Shown here piece by piece: positions 33,920-46,108 of a stretch of DNA of 64,000 nt. The stretch is from the NCBI GenBank assembly GCA_032718475.1, contig JAUCBJ010002949.1:105102-169101 (forward strand), in the 5' to 3' direction. Positions within the stretch are counted from its first letter, which is position 1. Each line of letters begins with the position of its first letter. The notes under the pieces are model-generated. The model worked only from the letters and a program-made list of their open reading frames with translations, was not told the origin of the DNA and did no database searches. The DNA is from Nemertoderma westbladi (taxonomy: Eukaryota > Animalia > Xenacoelomorpha). The position numbers and the translations under genes were made by a program.

Positions 33920-36660
33920 TTATGCTGATAATATATATTGATTGTTTCTACACTGCCTTGGCCTCTGTACTGGGGTTGATGTTAATATATTGGGGCCCAT
34001 ACACCTATCCGCAATAACTCTCCCCTCCCCTGGATATATGTTATGTCCTTGCATGCTATAGTCATACTGTTGTGCCGGTACCGGTATAGGCCTATCCACT
34101 CCTGGCCTACCTACCAGTATGTACTCCGCGACTTCCGGGTTTAATCCCGTCGCCCGTGCTGCCCTATGGCATACATTATCTCTCCCAGCATGGCCTATAG
34201 TATGTGCAGTAAGGCCTACAGTATGTCCTGCAGTCTGTATGTGTCCCTCAGGACCGAAGTTTAACCTCCTCGAATAATCCAAGAAGTCCTCCCCGCGACT
34301 ACCGTATCCTCGATCGGCAGCTATATCTTGTCGGGAAGTTTCTCTTCGATCCCTTCTACTATTCTCGCCATCATACCGGTACGCCCTGTACCCCTCTCTC
34401 GGTGTGTAGTACACCTCGCCAGGTCGCGTCTCTCCGGGACGACGGCAATCTCCCGGAGTTCGACCCCACCGACTCTCCGACTCCATCTCTACTACCGACG
34501 GCTCGCTATCCGTCCTCGCTCTCCTGTCGTTTGCGACGACACTTCTTCTACTCTCTTCCCTTCTTCTCTCTGCAGTGTAGCATCCCCGCTCGTGAGATCT
34601 CTCGTCGACCTCCCGGTTAAACTCCACTGTTCTTCTGACTGGGCTCGACGTCTCGTCGCTCGCCCTCTCGTGACGCCAACCTCTCTCTCTCTACCCGGTC
34701 GCACGCCGCTGGGGATACTCGTAATCCCCCTACTATTCTCCATCGCCAGGTGCTGCGGTTCACCTAATTCGCCCCGCGCATTATCCGCCGACGCCTGTGG
34801 GGCACTCTCTGCCCCCCCCCCCCCTCTCACCGCTAATCTCTCGTTGTGGGGCTCCTGTAGCCCCCTCCCCCACTCGCGACCTATCACTTCACTATCTCTC
34901 ACTTCGCCTCTACGCCCCTCTCTAGTCGACGCACTGACTCTACTGCGGATGGGTCTATTCACCCCCGCCTCTCCCTCTATCACTGCGTTGCCTGGCAGGC
35001 TCCCGTCGGGTTGACTCAACCCCGCCACTCCCTGCGCACTAACTACGTGGCCTACCAGGCCCCCATCGGGGTCTCTCACCCCCGTTACTCCCTGCATACT
35101 AGCTACGTGGCCTACCAGGCCCCCGCTGGTCGGACCACCTACATCTGCCACGTTCATATTAATAGCACCATTATCAATACTATTCTCTAAATTATTCAAA
35201 TTATTAGAATTATTCTCTGAATTCGGATTATGTGGTGCAGTGGTGCAGTTCTAGAATCCTGTAATGAGTGGTTGGTTGATAATAAGCTATCCATTCACTA
35301 CGGTAAGACTGAAAGTATTTTGTTTGGTTCCAAAAGAAAGTTAAAGAAGGTAACTAAGTTTGAAGTCACTAGTAATGGACATAAGATTGAAAATAAAAAG
35401 GAAGTTAAATATTTAGGCGCCACATTGGATAACTGCTTATCAGGAGAAAGTACAGTGAAAAATATTTTCTCGAAAGTTAACAGTAGGCTTAGGTTTCTAT
35501 ACAGAAATAAAAATAGTTTGAACACCGACTCCCGCAAGTTACTTTGCTCTTCTTTAATACAGTGTCACATGGACTATGCGTGCTCTTCTTGGTATGAAGG
35601 CTTAACCAAACAGCTTAAATGTAAATTACAAGTAGCTCAGAATAAAGTAGTACGATTTATTAAAGACTACAAACCTAGGCACCACCTAACTCCAGATGAC
35701 TTTTCTGAATCTGGACTACTTAACTTAGATACTAGAGTTAAGCAGCTACGCCTTAACCATGTGCATAAAGTGTATAATGGTAAATGTCCCAATTACCTAA
35801 AACAAAAATTCAACAGAGTACGCGATACACACTCTTACAGTACCAGAGCTAGTGCTTCAAACTTCTACCTCCCGAATTGTAAATCCTTTGAATATGATAC
35901 TTTCTTTTTTAACGGCATAAAAAATTGGAACGCTCTGCCTAATGAAATTAAAAATCTAAATAATCAATATTCTTTTAAATCTGCAGTTAAATCTCATCTC
36001 CGTGTGCAATGTAAAAATAGGTACAATAGTCCTACAGTAAGTTATTAGTTTATTAATTATTTACTATTTATACTGTAATTACGTTTTATAATAAATTGTT
36101 CTGTACATTACATCTTTATCGTTGAGTCGGGCATTGTCACGCTCTCGGTAAAGTTGTACATGTACATAGTGTAATTACGTTTTATATTGGTTTTAGGTTA
36201 GCGTAGTGTAATATTGTATTTGTATCCAAGTAACATAAAGGACCCCCTTGGAAATAAGCTGCAAAGCTTTTGGGGTAATCCTATATGTTATGTTGGACAA
36301 TACCTTTATACCGGTACATTGTTTGGTGTATTTTGTTATTGTTTTTACATAATGTATAAATAAATCTATCTATCTATCTACGTTCGCTCGCCTCTTTCAC
36401 CTCTCTCGCCGCCTCACGCTCTTTACGTTCGTTTGCCTCTTTCACCTCTCGCTCTTCTAGCTCCTTTCCTTCCTTTATTTCTATCTCCCCACACTCTCTA
36501 AAGTTTCTCACGACCCTCTCAGCCCTCTCGTTATTCTCTCTCGCCAGTTCTCTCTCTCTTTCCAACAACGCAGTCCCCTCTTCCAACTGCCTCTCTAACT
36601 CTTTCTGGTCTAGCGCCACCATATCCAACTGACACGCCAGATCTATTTCTAACACCCTTC
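33920..36660 (-). pseudogene. Second decayed copy (E2) of the ORF at 7330-9433, interrupted by a LINE
   Basis: Peptide and DNA similarity to E1 on both sides of 35240-36380. Confidence 0.7.
35240..36380 (+). mobile_element. 5'-truncated CR1/L2-group LINE (RT C-terminal region and 3' UTR)
   Basis: WLVDNKLSIHYGKTESILFGS, KYLGATLD, DYACSSW, IKNWNALP; ends AATAAA(TCTA)n. Confidence 0.88.
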
Positions 36661-36806
36661 TTATTTTTTTGAAAACGGTTTTCACGACTAGGAAGACAAT
36701 AGATTTTTTTAGGAAAAGTCATAAAATTTCAGATACCCAACTGCGTGCGTTTCAGAATTATAACAAAAAAACCACGGGAGGGTCATATTGACCCCCCCCC
36801 CCCCCG
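36661..36806 (-). mobile_element. Terminal fragment of the MITE family seen at 56816
   Basis: Reverse complement of ~56828-56965. Confidence 0.75.
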
Positions 36807-37569
36807 CATTTACATAGCTAGTTTTCTGACTGTGGACCCTTTTTTGCAACCATCTCCAGTATTTTTTGCGCTAAAATAGTTTTTAAAAGGCTTTTTTAAA
36901 AACTTATTATAATTAGTTAAAACGTTTTTATAGTGTTTAATTTAATTACTGCACATTACAATTTACTAAACTCCGGTCTGTGAGTAAAAACATATGTGTA
37001 CATATATATATACGATATTAATGTAGCACAGGGTATCAGTTTGTTGATTTCGATTGGTTTCGCCCCTTTCCACATCTAACTAACGATGTGGGTCTGGGTG
37101 CTCAAAGAGGCCGCCTGGAGAAGGTCCCGCCGTCGCTAGTTTTTATAGTTAAAAAACAAATTAATTTAGTTGCGGTTATGCGGTGTTGTCGATGCTGATC
37201 ACGATTATAGAACTGAAAAATAACATTCGAGAAAATTGTTGGTGATTTTGAATGTGCACTCTGGGGCACGAAAAAAACAAGTAGTGCCAATATGATAATG
37301 AAAAATCACCACGAAATCAAATTGATTTTATGACCATATCGGTTTTTTGGGATGCTAATCACGAATATGACACTCAAAAATATTTTTTTTATCCAACCAA
37401 ATTCGATTTTTGCTGTTTGAAAGTATATCCTACACTTGCTTTTTTCGTCCCACCAGACTTGCACCAAAAACGATAGTTGCTTTACTGCGAATAATTTTTA
37501 TCGAGTTGCATCGTGATCAGCGACCTTGAAAACCAGTATAGCATCAGTGTGGGATTATTTCACTACTAG

Positions 37570-38581
37570 GTAGCTATTTGTAATTTGTAGATTGTAGATA
37601 GTCTCTTTTATTCGCAAACTTATATATATACAAATATATACAAGGCAGTGCACACAATAAGTGTTTACTGATTATTAAGCAAATAAGCGTCATAAACGGC
37701 GCTATCTAAGATACGCCAGTATGTAAAGATAAATAAATATCGCCTCACACAATAATAATAATTATAGTATAAAATAAATTATTGACATTACCTAGAAATT
37801 AAATTAAATTAAACTAACCTTACTAATAATGTACACAGTCTAATAACGACCACAGCACAAACAGGTCTACGACATTTATATGGATTTAGGATTATTAGGT
37901 AATTTCCTCTCTCGCGTATTTTGTTAATAGGATTTTACGGAGCTTGGTCTTGAATTCTGTGAATGAGCGAGTTTGCCGTACGTTCAAAGGCATGGAATTC
38001 CATTTTTTTACGAGTTTTACAGATAAACTATTGTGGCCGTAATTATTATTAGTTTTAGGAATTTTTAACTTAAATGTACGTTTGTTTAGGCTAGGTTCTA
38101 ATTTTGAAAAAAAGGGTAGTTTTAACTGGGAAAATGGTTGTGAAAGGTTGTACAGATATCTAAAGAAAAACAGTAAGTTGAAGTAGTCTCTGTAGGCGGA
38201 TAGTATTGGAATTTTTGCTTTTCGGCGTAGCTCAGTTCCCGATGAATCCCTAAACCCCTTTCCGAAAATCGTGCGTAATGCCATATTTTGGATTTTATCA
38301 ATTTTATAGAGTGACTGTTTATATCCATGTTTGTCATGAAAAGATGTAAGTAATAAGCAGCAATAGTGATGATGGGGTAGTACAATAGATTTATAGATTT
38401 GAATTTTTGTTAAATTTGGCAGCTGGCCTTTAATTTTTCTTAAGCAGGATAGGCTGAGGGCCATTTTTTGTATTGATTTTGTAATGTGGTCGTTCCAGTC
38501 AAGCTTACTGTTTATTATGACACCTAACTATTTTACTGATTTACTTTGATTTAGTTCTGTCTTTTCATTTACTTTCAGTAT
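37570..38581 (-). mobile_element. 3' end of a CR1/L2-group LINE, cut by LTR C
   Basis: ORF 37895-38464 has IYKSIVLPH, KIQNMALRTI and KWNSMP motifs; AATAAA and a short CTACAA-type tail near 37575-37612. Confidence 0.8.
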
Positions 38582-39721
38582 TGTTCGCGCTTTTAGACCT
38601 TTAGCAGTTTAACCTGCCAATTTTAGTTGTCCTCTTGTTTATAAATCGACTTTAGCCTATATCAATTATTTAGTGTACTGAAGTTACATCAGCCGAAGCC
38701 AGTCTGTGCGCGATCATTCACCCACGGTTTTGGGAGACTGAATTCGGATTCCTTGAGAGTTATTGCAGTGTAGACCTACTGTATTATTCGATTGATCGTT
38801 ACTATATAATCTCTGACAAATATATTTACTTTCGGGGAAATATTAACAGTTCCTTTAGGACGTGGCGCTTTAAGTATAAAAACAGAGTTATGACTTATAC
38901 TAATCACAACTAGATGGCCACAGAGTTTCGTAAATAGCGCATTCTTTAGGAGATGCTTTATTATCTTTCACACTACTTCACACGACTTCACACTACTGCG
39001 CACTAATCTGCCGACCGTCACTGAATTTGATCACATATAAGGAAGATCGCAACTGACACTTGTAGGGATTATGAAATAGCATTTAATTCACACAAAAACC
39101 ACTATAATTTAAGTCGCAGTTGCTACCTGTAAACCTGTTCCTCTTACCTTCAGTAATCAAGAAGATTGGGGGTTTTATGATTATTTATTGGTATTCTCCA
39201 AATATAACAGCAATATCCATCAATATAACAACAATTAATAACAGAAGTAAAATAATGCGGTGAACAGTCAGCATGTGTTACTAATGCAGTTATGAAAGTC
39301 AGGCAGTCAGGTGAGTTGGGTATGATCCGATATGAGGTGCGGTGATTCAGGTAGGTTCAGGGTAATAGATTTACGTTCTTATAATCAAAGCCATCTGATG
39401 TTTAGGCCAAAGTCTGAAACTTCTACACAGAAGTACAGAAGATTCCGAGCCGGATCTGGTGCTCAGAAAATAGTAAACAAAGACCGTAATGCATTGCGCG
39501 AGTTTCCATAGACCTCTGTCAGACATAAGGGGGAAAATCGCTCTGATTGGCTGAATAGGCAGAACAAAGAAAAGTTCCACGTCCACAGAGAATCAGCTGA
39601 TAGATGTCGTCACACCAGGTCCAATTCCTTCCCGTCGCATAGTTGGACAAATTCAGGGCTATTTTAGAGTATTCTGCGCATTGCGGAAAAATGACTTGTT
39701 ATGTCCGCAAAAGCTTTTACA
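38582..39721 (-). repeat. 3' LTR of copy C
   Basis: TGTAAAAGC...GCGCGAACA on the minus strand, preceded by the PPT. Confidence 0.93.
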
Positions 39722-39798
39722 CCGCTCCCAGAAAATGGGATTTAAGTTTATAAAATATAAAAATCACAGTTTCTCAAATACAAAAATACTCTAAACTA

Positions 39799-41852
39799 TT
39801 AGTCCTTCTTACGTGAACGGCATTTACAAAGTTTTTTGAGGCTAGTAAGAGTCCTTTTCTCTTTGGGGCGAGCCACTTTACTAGGAGGGCTATAACTCCT
39901 GGGTGAATAACTCCTGGGTGAGGGGTGCAATACAATTGCATCGGAAGGTTTAGGGTTGCGGTCGGTGTATCCACCGGTCGAGGTACCCGGTTGATCGATA
40001 TCAACCTCAGTGGAACAAGGTCAAACAACCTTTAGAGCGCGTTTCAGGACAGCAGCTCTTACTGGTCCCTGACGAGTCGTTTGCACGAGAGCTGTAGGTG
40101 GACCGTGAGTAGTGAGAAATTTCCTCGGTTTGATGGTTCTTTCCAACTCGCGTTCTCGGGCTCTATATTCATAGGGTCGTCTATGAACTTCTTGTAGCTC
40201 TGGATACGAGTTTATGAACAAGTCACCGTGGGATTTATCAATGGTATAAACTTTAAACTGTGTGTAGGATCTTCAGGTTTCACCATATAATATTGAGTTA
40301 AATTGACATAATAAGGATGGTCTTTGATCCCGTAAAATGAGTTTGGTAAAGGTCTAGCGCGTAGATTGACCTCGTGTACCATATGATGGACAAGATCTGC
40401 CCGATTGTCCGGAGGTTCAACGAGTATACCGTCAACACGAGCGGCCTCGATTGGCGGACGTTGTAACATAGGAGCGTCAGCGATAAGATCTCTAGATCTT
40501 AGGTTGATATCAACCGGTTGGGGTTGTACCGTGGTGAAGAGTTTGTCTCCGAAATGGGAAACCATTGAAGAATGAATAATGGTTTTAGAATAGAGATCAG
40601 TCATAAGGATTTGAGCTCCTGGCTGGGCTAAAGCTGCTTCTTCTCTCTCGTCCATTTCGATATGCTTCTCCTCGAGCTGATTTTCCTCCGCTTGTCGTTG
40701 GAAGCGTTCGTCCAAAAACTCTTGCAGAGAGTAGGTTCATCCAAGTTCGATGTCTTCCTCGAGATTCTGGATTTCCCGATCGAACTGAGGTAAAGCTAAT
40801 TCTTTTACCGCTTGGACTTGCTGCTGCAATTTACGTTTATCTAAACAATCGTAAGTTCCTTTTTCAATCTTTTGCCGAATAGCGTCTAAAGTGTTTCGTA
40901 CAACGCTCTCCTCCACCTCAGTGACGGGTTGTATCGGGGTTAAACCGGGACGATTATACGGGTTGAACGGCGATATTAAATGTCCGCGTCCCAATCCGGC
41001 TAGGTAGGATGGGCGAATATCTAGGGAGCCCACAACCGGAGTGCCACCGACTAATTGCTCGGGTAACACTAGATCTTTGAACAATGAGTACAGTTCAGGA
41101 GGATCCGTCATACTATTAGGATCAAGAGTCTGAGGTCTCACTAGGGAATGAGGAGGTCTGACCGAGTATTCCGGAACTCTGATCATAGGTTTGTTTAAGG
41201 ATCGTTTGAGTCGAGCGAGCGTAGGTGATACGTCGAACAAGTTTCGCTCGAAACTGCCGTAAGTATAGCGAGTAAAACTGTGTTTAGCGCAACGTCTCCG
41301 CGGATGTTTATGTCTTTCCGTTTGTTGGTTGGGTCTAGGGCATTTGTCGCAATAATACCAAAGACGCACGTCTTGTAGGGGAAACGCGGGTGATCTTTCT
41401 CCAGTTTTACAATATTCCTCCATCTGTTCGAAGCTATCCGGTACAACAGGTAGTGGTTGATCGGCGGTAAGATACATCATAGTGAAATAGAGTCGTTTGA
41501 GTTCTATCATAGTGTTATGATGTATACCTTCAGGATATCGAGTTTCTAGATTTTGTTGACTGGCTACATTGAGATATGTTTCTCTCAAGAATTCCAAATA
41601 TTCGTTGAAGTCACTGCGTTTATCCGGCTCTTCAACATCTTCTCTTTCGAGTCAGTTTCGAATAGAATTTTCATGTTCGATTCTCAGTTTATCATTCCGA
41701 CTCCGCTGGGTATAATATTTAAATAGAATCATTTCCCTTTCGGTGTCTATATCATCCGTGTCGTATAAATTAAGAAGTTAAGAAGTCCATATACGTACCA
41801 TTACGATGCGTATAGCGAGCGGTGAATTTTCTATGGTCCAATTCACGCGTGA
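39799..41852 (-). pseudogene. ORF2 of copy C; exonuclease and knuckles deleted
   Basis: Matches B ORF2 up to PLINP, then jumps near 40230 to the GDLFINS region; frameshifts. Confidence 0.9.
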
Positions 41853-43124
41853 TGTACGCGCTTTTGAAGACCTTTAGCAGTTTAACCTGCCAAAATTTAT
41901 ATGTCTTTTGATTTATAAATATACTTTAGAAGATGACAAATATTTAATACCAATAAACACAACATTAGCAGAAGCCAGCCTAGTGCGCGTCCATTCACCC
42001 GCTGGATAATCCCGGGAGGCTGGATTCTGTCGGCTTAGATTATTATTGCAGTGAAGCTTACGGTATTGTATTATTCGATTGATCGTTAATAATTAATTTC
42101 TGACTAATATTATTCACTTTCGGGAAATATTAACAGTTCCTTTTAGGACGTGGCGCTCTATCTAAGTAAACAGAGATATGACTTATACTAATCACAACGG
42201 TAAGTCGGTAAGGCTTATAATTCACGTATGAGGCGCATTCTTTAGGAAATGCTTAGTTATCAGCCACAATCATGCACACTACCGGTAACGCACAATACTG
42301 CTCACTAATTTGCCGACCGTCAATGAATTTTATCATATATAAAGAGAATAGCAACGGACTCATGTAGGGCTTATCAAATAGCATTAAATTCAATACACAC
42401 CACAATAATATAAGTCGCAATCGCTATATATATAACCCGCCTCTCTAACCTGTAGTGTATCAAGAAAATTGGGAAATTTGGGTTCTTTATAAATGTTCTC
42501 CAAATAATATTCAATCCACTGATATAAGATATGACAACAGTAAAACATTAAGACGGTAGGTTAAGATATGATATGAACAGATATGTACAGCGATATGCGC
42601 TGATATGGACCGATATGTGAGTTGTTATGAACCGATAACAGTCATACGCTCTATAATCTTAAGCCTACTAATGTTTCTTTCTAGAGCCGTTGTTTCTGGC
42701 TTAGACAGCAATAACAACAAAGTATCAGTAAAAAACTGTAAGACTGAACAATCCCAGTATGATCGGCTCAAAGCTCCACATCGACAGAGAGAATCGCTCT
42801 GATTGGCTGAAGCCAAACAAAGAACCATGCGTCCAATGGCTGTTTCCATTTAAGCAACCAGCTGTTAGATGTCGTAATCTGAATCATCACGGCTAAGCTG
42901 TGTAAAAGTATTTGCCGTATTGCGGGTTTTTTGCCTTACCATGTCCGCTAAAACACGTATATAGCAGAATGACTTTTATGTCCGTTAAAACACCTGTAAC
43001 GGTACCTTGCGGGCGAGGGGAATATATATACAGTTAGAGAACCTTTTTTAGAGTATTCCAGCGCCTGGGGGGAAACTGGATTGCGAAGCAAAGGGGCCAG
43101 TTATATCCCACAGAAGCTTTTACA
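41853..43124 (-). repeat. 3' LTR of copy D
   Basis: Direct repeat of 52589-53860; adjacent PPT. Confidence 0.96.
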
Positions 43125-43202
43125 CCGCTCCCAGAAAATGGGATTTGAGTCTATGAAATATACAAAATCACAGTTTCGAATATACGTAAATACTCTAAAC
43201 GG

Positions 43203-44481
43203 TTAGTCTTTCTTGCGCGGACGGCGTTTACGCAGTTTTTTAAAGCTAGCCAGAGTCCTTTTCTCTTTGGGGCGAGCCACTTTACAAGGAGGGCTATAAC
43301 TCCTGGGTGAAGGGTGCAATATGATTGCATCAGAGGGTGTAGAATTATGGTCGGTGTATCCGCCAGTCGAAGTGCCGGGTTGATTGACATCAACGTCGGG
43401 GGAGAGGGGTCTAACGGCTTTGAGAGCGCGTTTTAAGACAGCCGCTCTTACGGGTCCTTTACGAGTGGTCTGAACGAGGGCCGTGGGTGGACTATAGGCA
43501 GCAAGAAACCTCCGGGGTTTAATGGTCCTTTCCAACTCGCGTTCACGGGCTCGGTATTCGTAAGGCCGTCGATATACTTCCTGTAACTCGATATGCGTGA
43601 TTTCTGTTCGACAGAAGCGAATAGATAAGGATGGAACGCATAAATTCCTTCGTAAGCGCGTCCAGGATAATAGCGATGGCGCGAATCACGATGTAAATCA
43701 GCCTTCGCTTCCCAAGCTCTAATGTAACGTAGTGTGATCATTTCATCTACGCTTTCCAAATCGCGATTAAAAGGGCAATCGAAACTGGCGTGTCCCTTTA
43801 GTTGACAATGGTGACATTGAGTCATAAATTGAGGGCAAACCGCAAAAATATGCAAATTATTAAATCTGCAATACGCGCAATAAATTTCCATCGCCGGTTG
43901 TTCGTGGAAATAGGAACAGCGGATGTTTGTGTCCATGGGCGTAACATGGTCTCTCGATGCGCATAACCGACAACGTTGCCGAGAAACATAGTTGGCATGG
44001 CGATAATCGTACGCAGTGGACCTTGATACCATTCCAGGATGTAATCGTTGTCGCTGTTCCGAGCGCGATAGGCTGAATCTCCTCAGATTCTAGGCATATT
44101 GGTTCGTCTTCCCAGTCTGTTACGAATAGAATTTTCGTGATCTATTCTCGGTTTATCGTTACGACGCCGCTGGGTATGATATTTAAATAGAACCATTTCC
44201 CTTTCGGTGTCTACATCGTCCGTATCATGTAAATCGATAGGATGGCCGGTAGTTAGGAGGTCCATATACGTATTATTACGATGCGTATAGCGAGCGGTGA
44301 ATTTTCGATAGTCCAATTCACGCGTAAGTTGCTCTTGGGACGTCGGCGGTTCGATATAACGACCATCGTCCTCCGTAATGGTTGGATTGGTTTCACTGCG
44401 TATCAAGCTATCCACAAATGCTTGTAAAGGTAGAGTATATCGCTCCCTGATACCAAGATCATCTTCTATCAACTCCGTCAT
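43203..44481 (-). pseudogene. ORF2 of copy D with large internal deletions
   Basis: First ~125 aa joined near 44100 to the zinc-knuckle region and C-terminus; exonuclease absent; frameshifts. Confidence 0.9.
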
Positions 44482-44523
44482 ATTTGCTATCTGAGTTTGT
44501 TAATATCGAAATGAGTTTATGTT

Positions 44524-44666
44524 TAGGCGAGCGGACGTCGCTGCCTACCTCTCTTTGCCCCCGGACAATGGGATCCTCAGCGCCGATGTACCGTTGTCGC
44601 GGTGTTTACGCCAACATGTAGCAACAGTACGACAACGATAACCGGCACAAGTCACTCCACTGTCCG
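44524..44666 (-). ncRNA. Pre-ORF2 RNA structure, copy D
   Basis: Homolog of 19825-19971 with pairing largely retained. Confidence 0.7.
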
Positions 44667-46108
44667 TCCCAAAGGCTTGAATCCACTTTAGGTTCTTTCT
44701 ATAGGAGAGTTGGGTTACTTTCACAATTGCGACTAGCTACTGTAAACACACCTTAGCAGTAACATTCACCTACAAACGCACAAATTCCACACAACTGTCA
44801 CCAATTGTATACATACAGGCCATTTGTCCGTTAGTCAGTGCCTTCCAGAATGTCACGTTATTACTGTGTATCCTTGGATACTAACAGTGTGCTATATTCT
44901 CTATGCTATGCAATGGGACAAGCTTTCTATTGTTCTTTTAACTTGTTTCTAATTCTAGCGTGGGTGTTGCTATGGTGACATTATGGAATGCTAGCGGTAG
45001 AATTAGGGTAATTCTCATGCATACAGATCTGGGATGCTATTTAATAATAATTCTTTAATTGTCAATATCCTCTTTATGCATGATTTTATTAATTTTATCG
45101 GCTATTGACTATATGTTGGAGATTCTCGCACTCTAATACACTCAATAGGATGAATCTCCGCTCCCATGATCTATTAATTAATGGAATTTTGGGAATGTTA
45201 TAAATTGTACAAAATGACAATTTATGAAATTCATTTAAAATATGAATTTAAATTTATTCCCGTGAATTTTATTATTTGATGTTAAAATTGACACAATTTG
45301 ATTCCAGAGCAGGTCTGGGGACATAGGATCCTTAATTCTATGAAATTTGTCTTTTAAGAGTATCGGTAAGTGCTACGATATCTTAATCGACTAGAATTGT
45401 TAACGGATCTGAATTTTACAGATTTTAATAAATATTAAATTAATATTTAAGATGGGCACCGATTTATTCCAGAGCTTGTCTGGGGACGTTAACCACTGAT
45501 TCTAGAATTTGTCTTTCAAGTATATCGGTGGGTGCCGCGATATCTTAATCGACTAGAATTACAGATGGTCAAAAGTTTAACAGATTTATTTGCGTTTTAC
45601 GCTACTGTTATATGGACATCACGCTACTATATGTATTATTTAATATAAGGTAGAAGAGCAATATCGCACGAAGCAATGTCAGTGTGAAGAGGCAAGTCGT
45701 TTCCAAGGTCTACCCAGAGCTTGGTTTAGCCGAGACACGAGGATCTGAACTTTGCATTCCTAATACTCTGCCTACCAATAATACTTGAATATAGTAGTGG
45801 CTTTATTGTACTTTAAGAAGTACGGATATTTCATCTTACTGTAGTCACGTATTTATAATATGATACGGACAGTAAGGAAAGAGAAAAATAATTGTTTTCT
45901 CGCCGTCGCACTAAATATATTATAAGTAATTACGTATGTAATAAACACTAATATATTGCACTAATCTACTAAATAATCACTAAAAATAACATTCTACTAA
46001 ATAAAATTAAATAAAACGATTATAATAAAATTACATAATAATACATACATAAATGTAAAATAAAAACAAATATAAAATGATATAGTCACACGCCCACTCC
46101 ATATGTTA

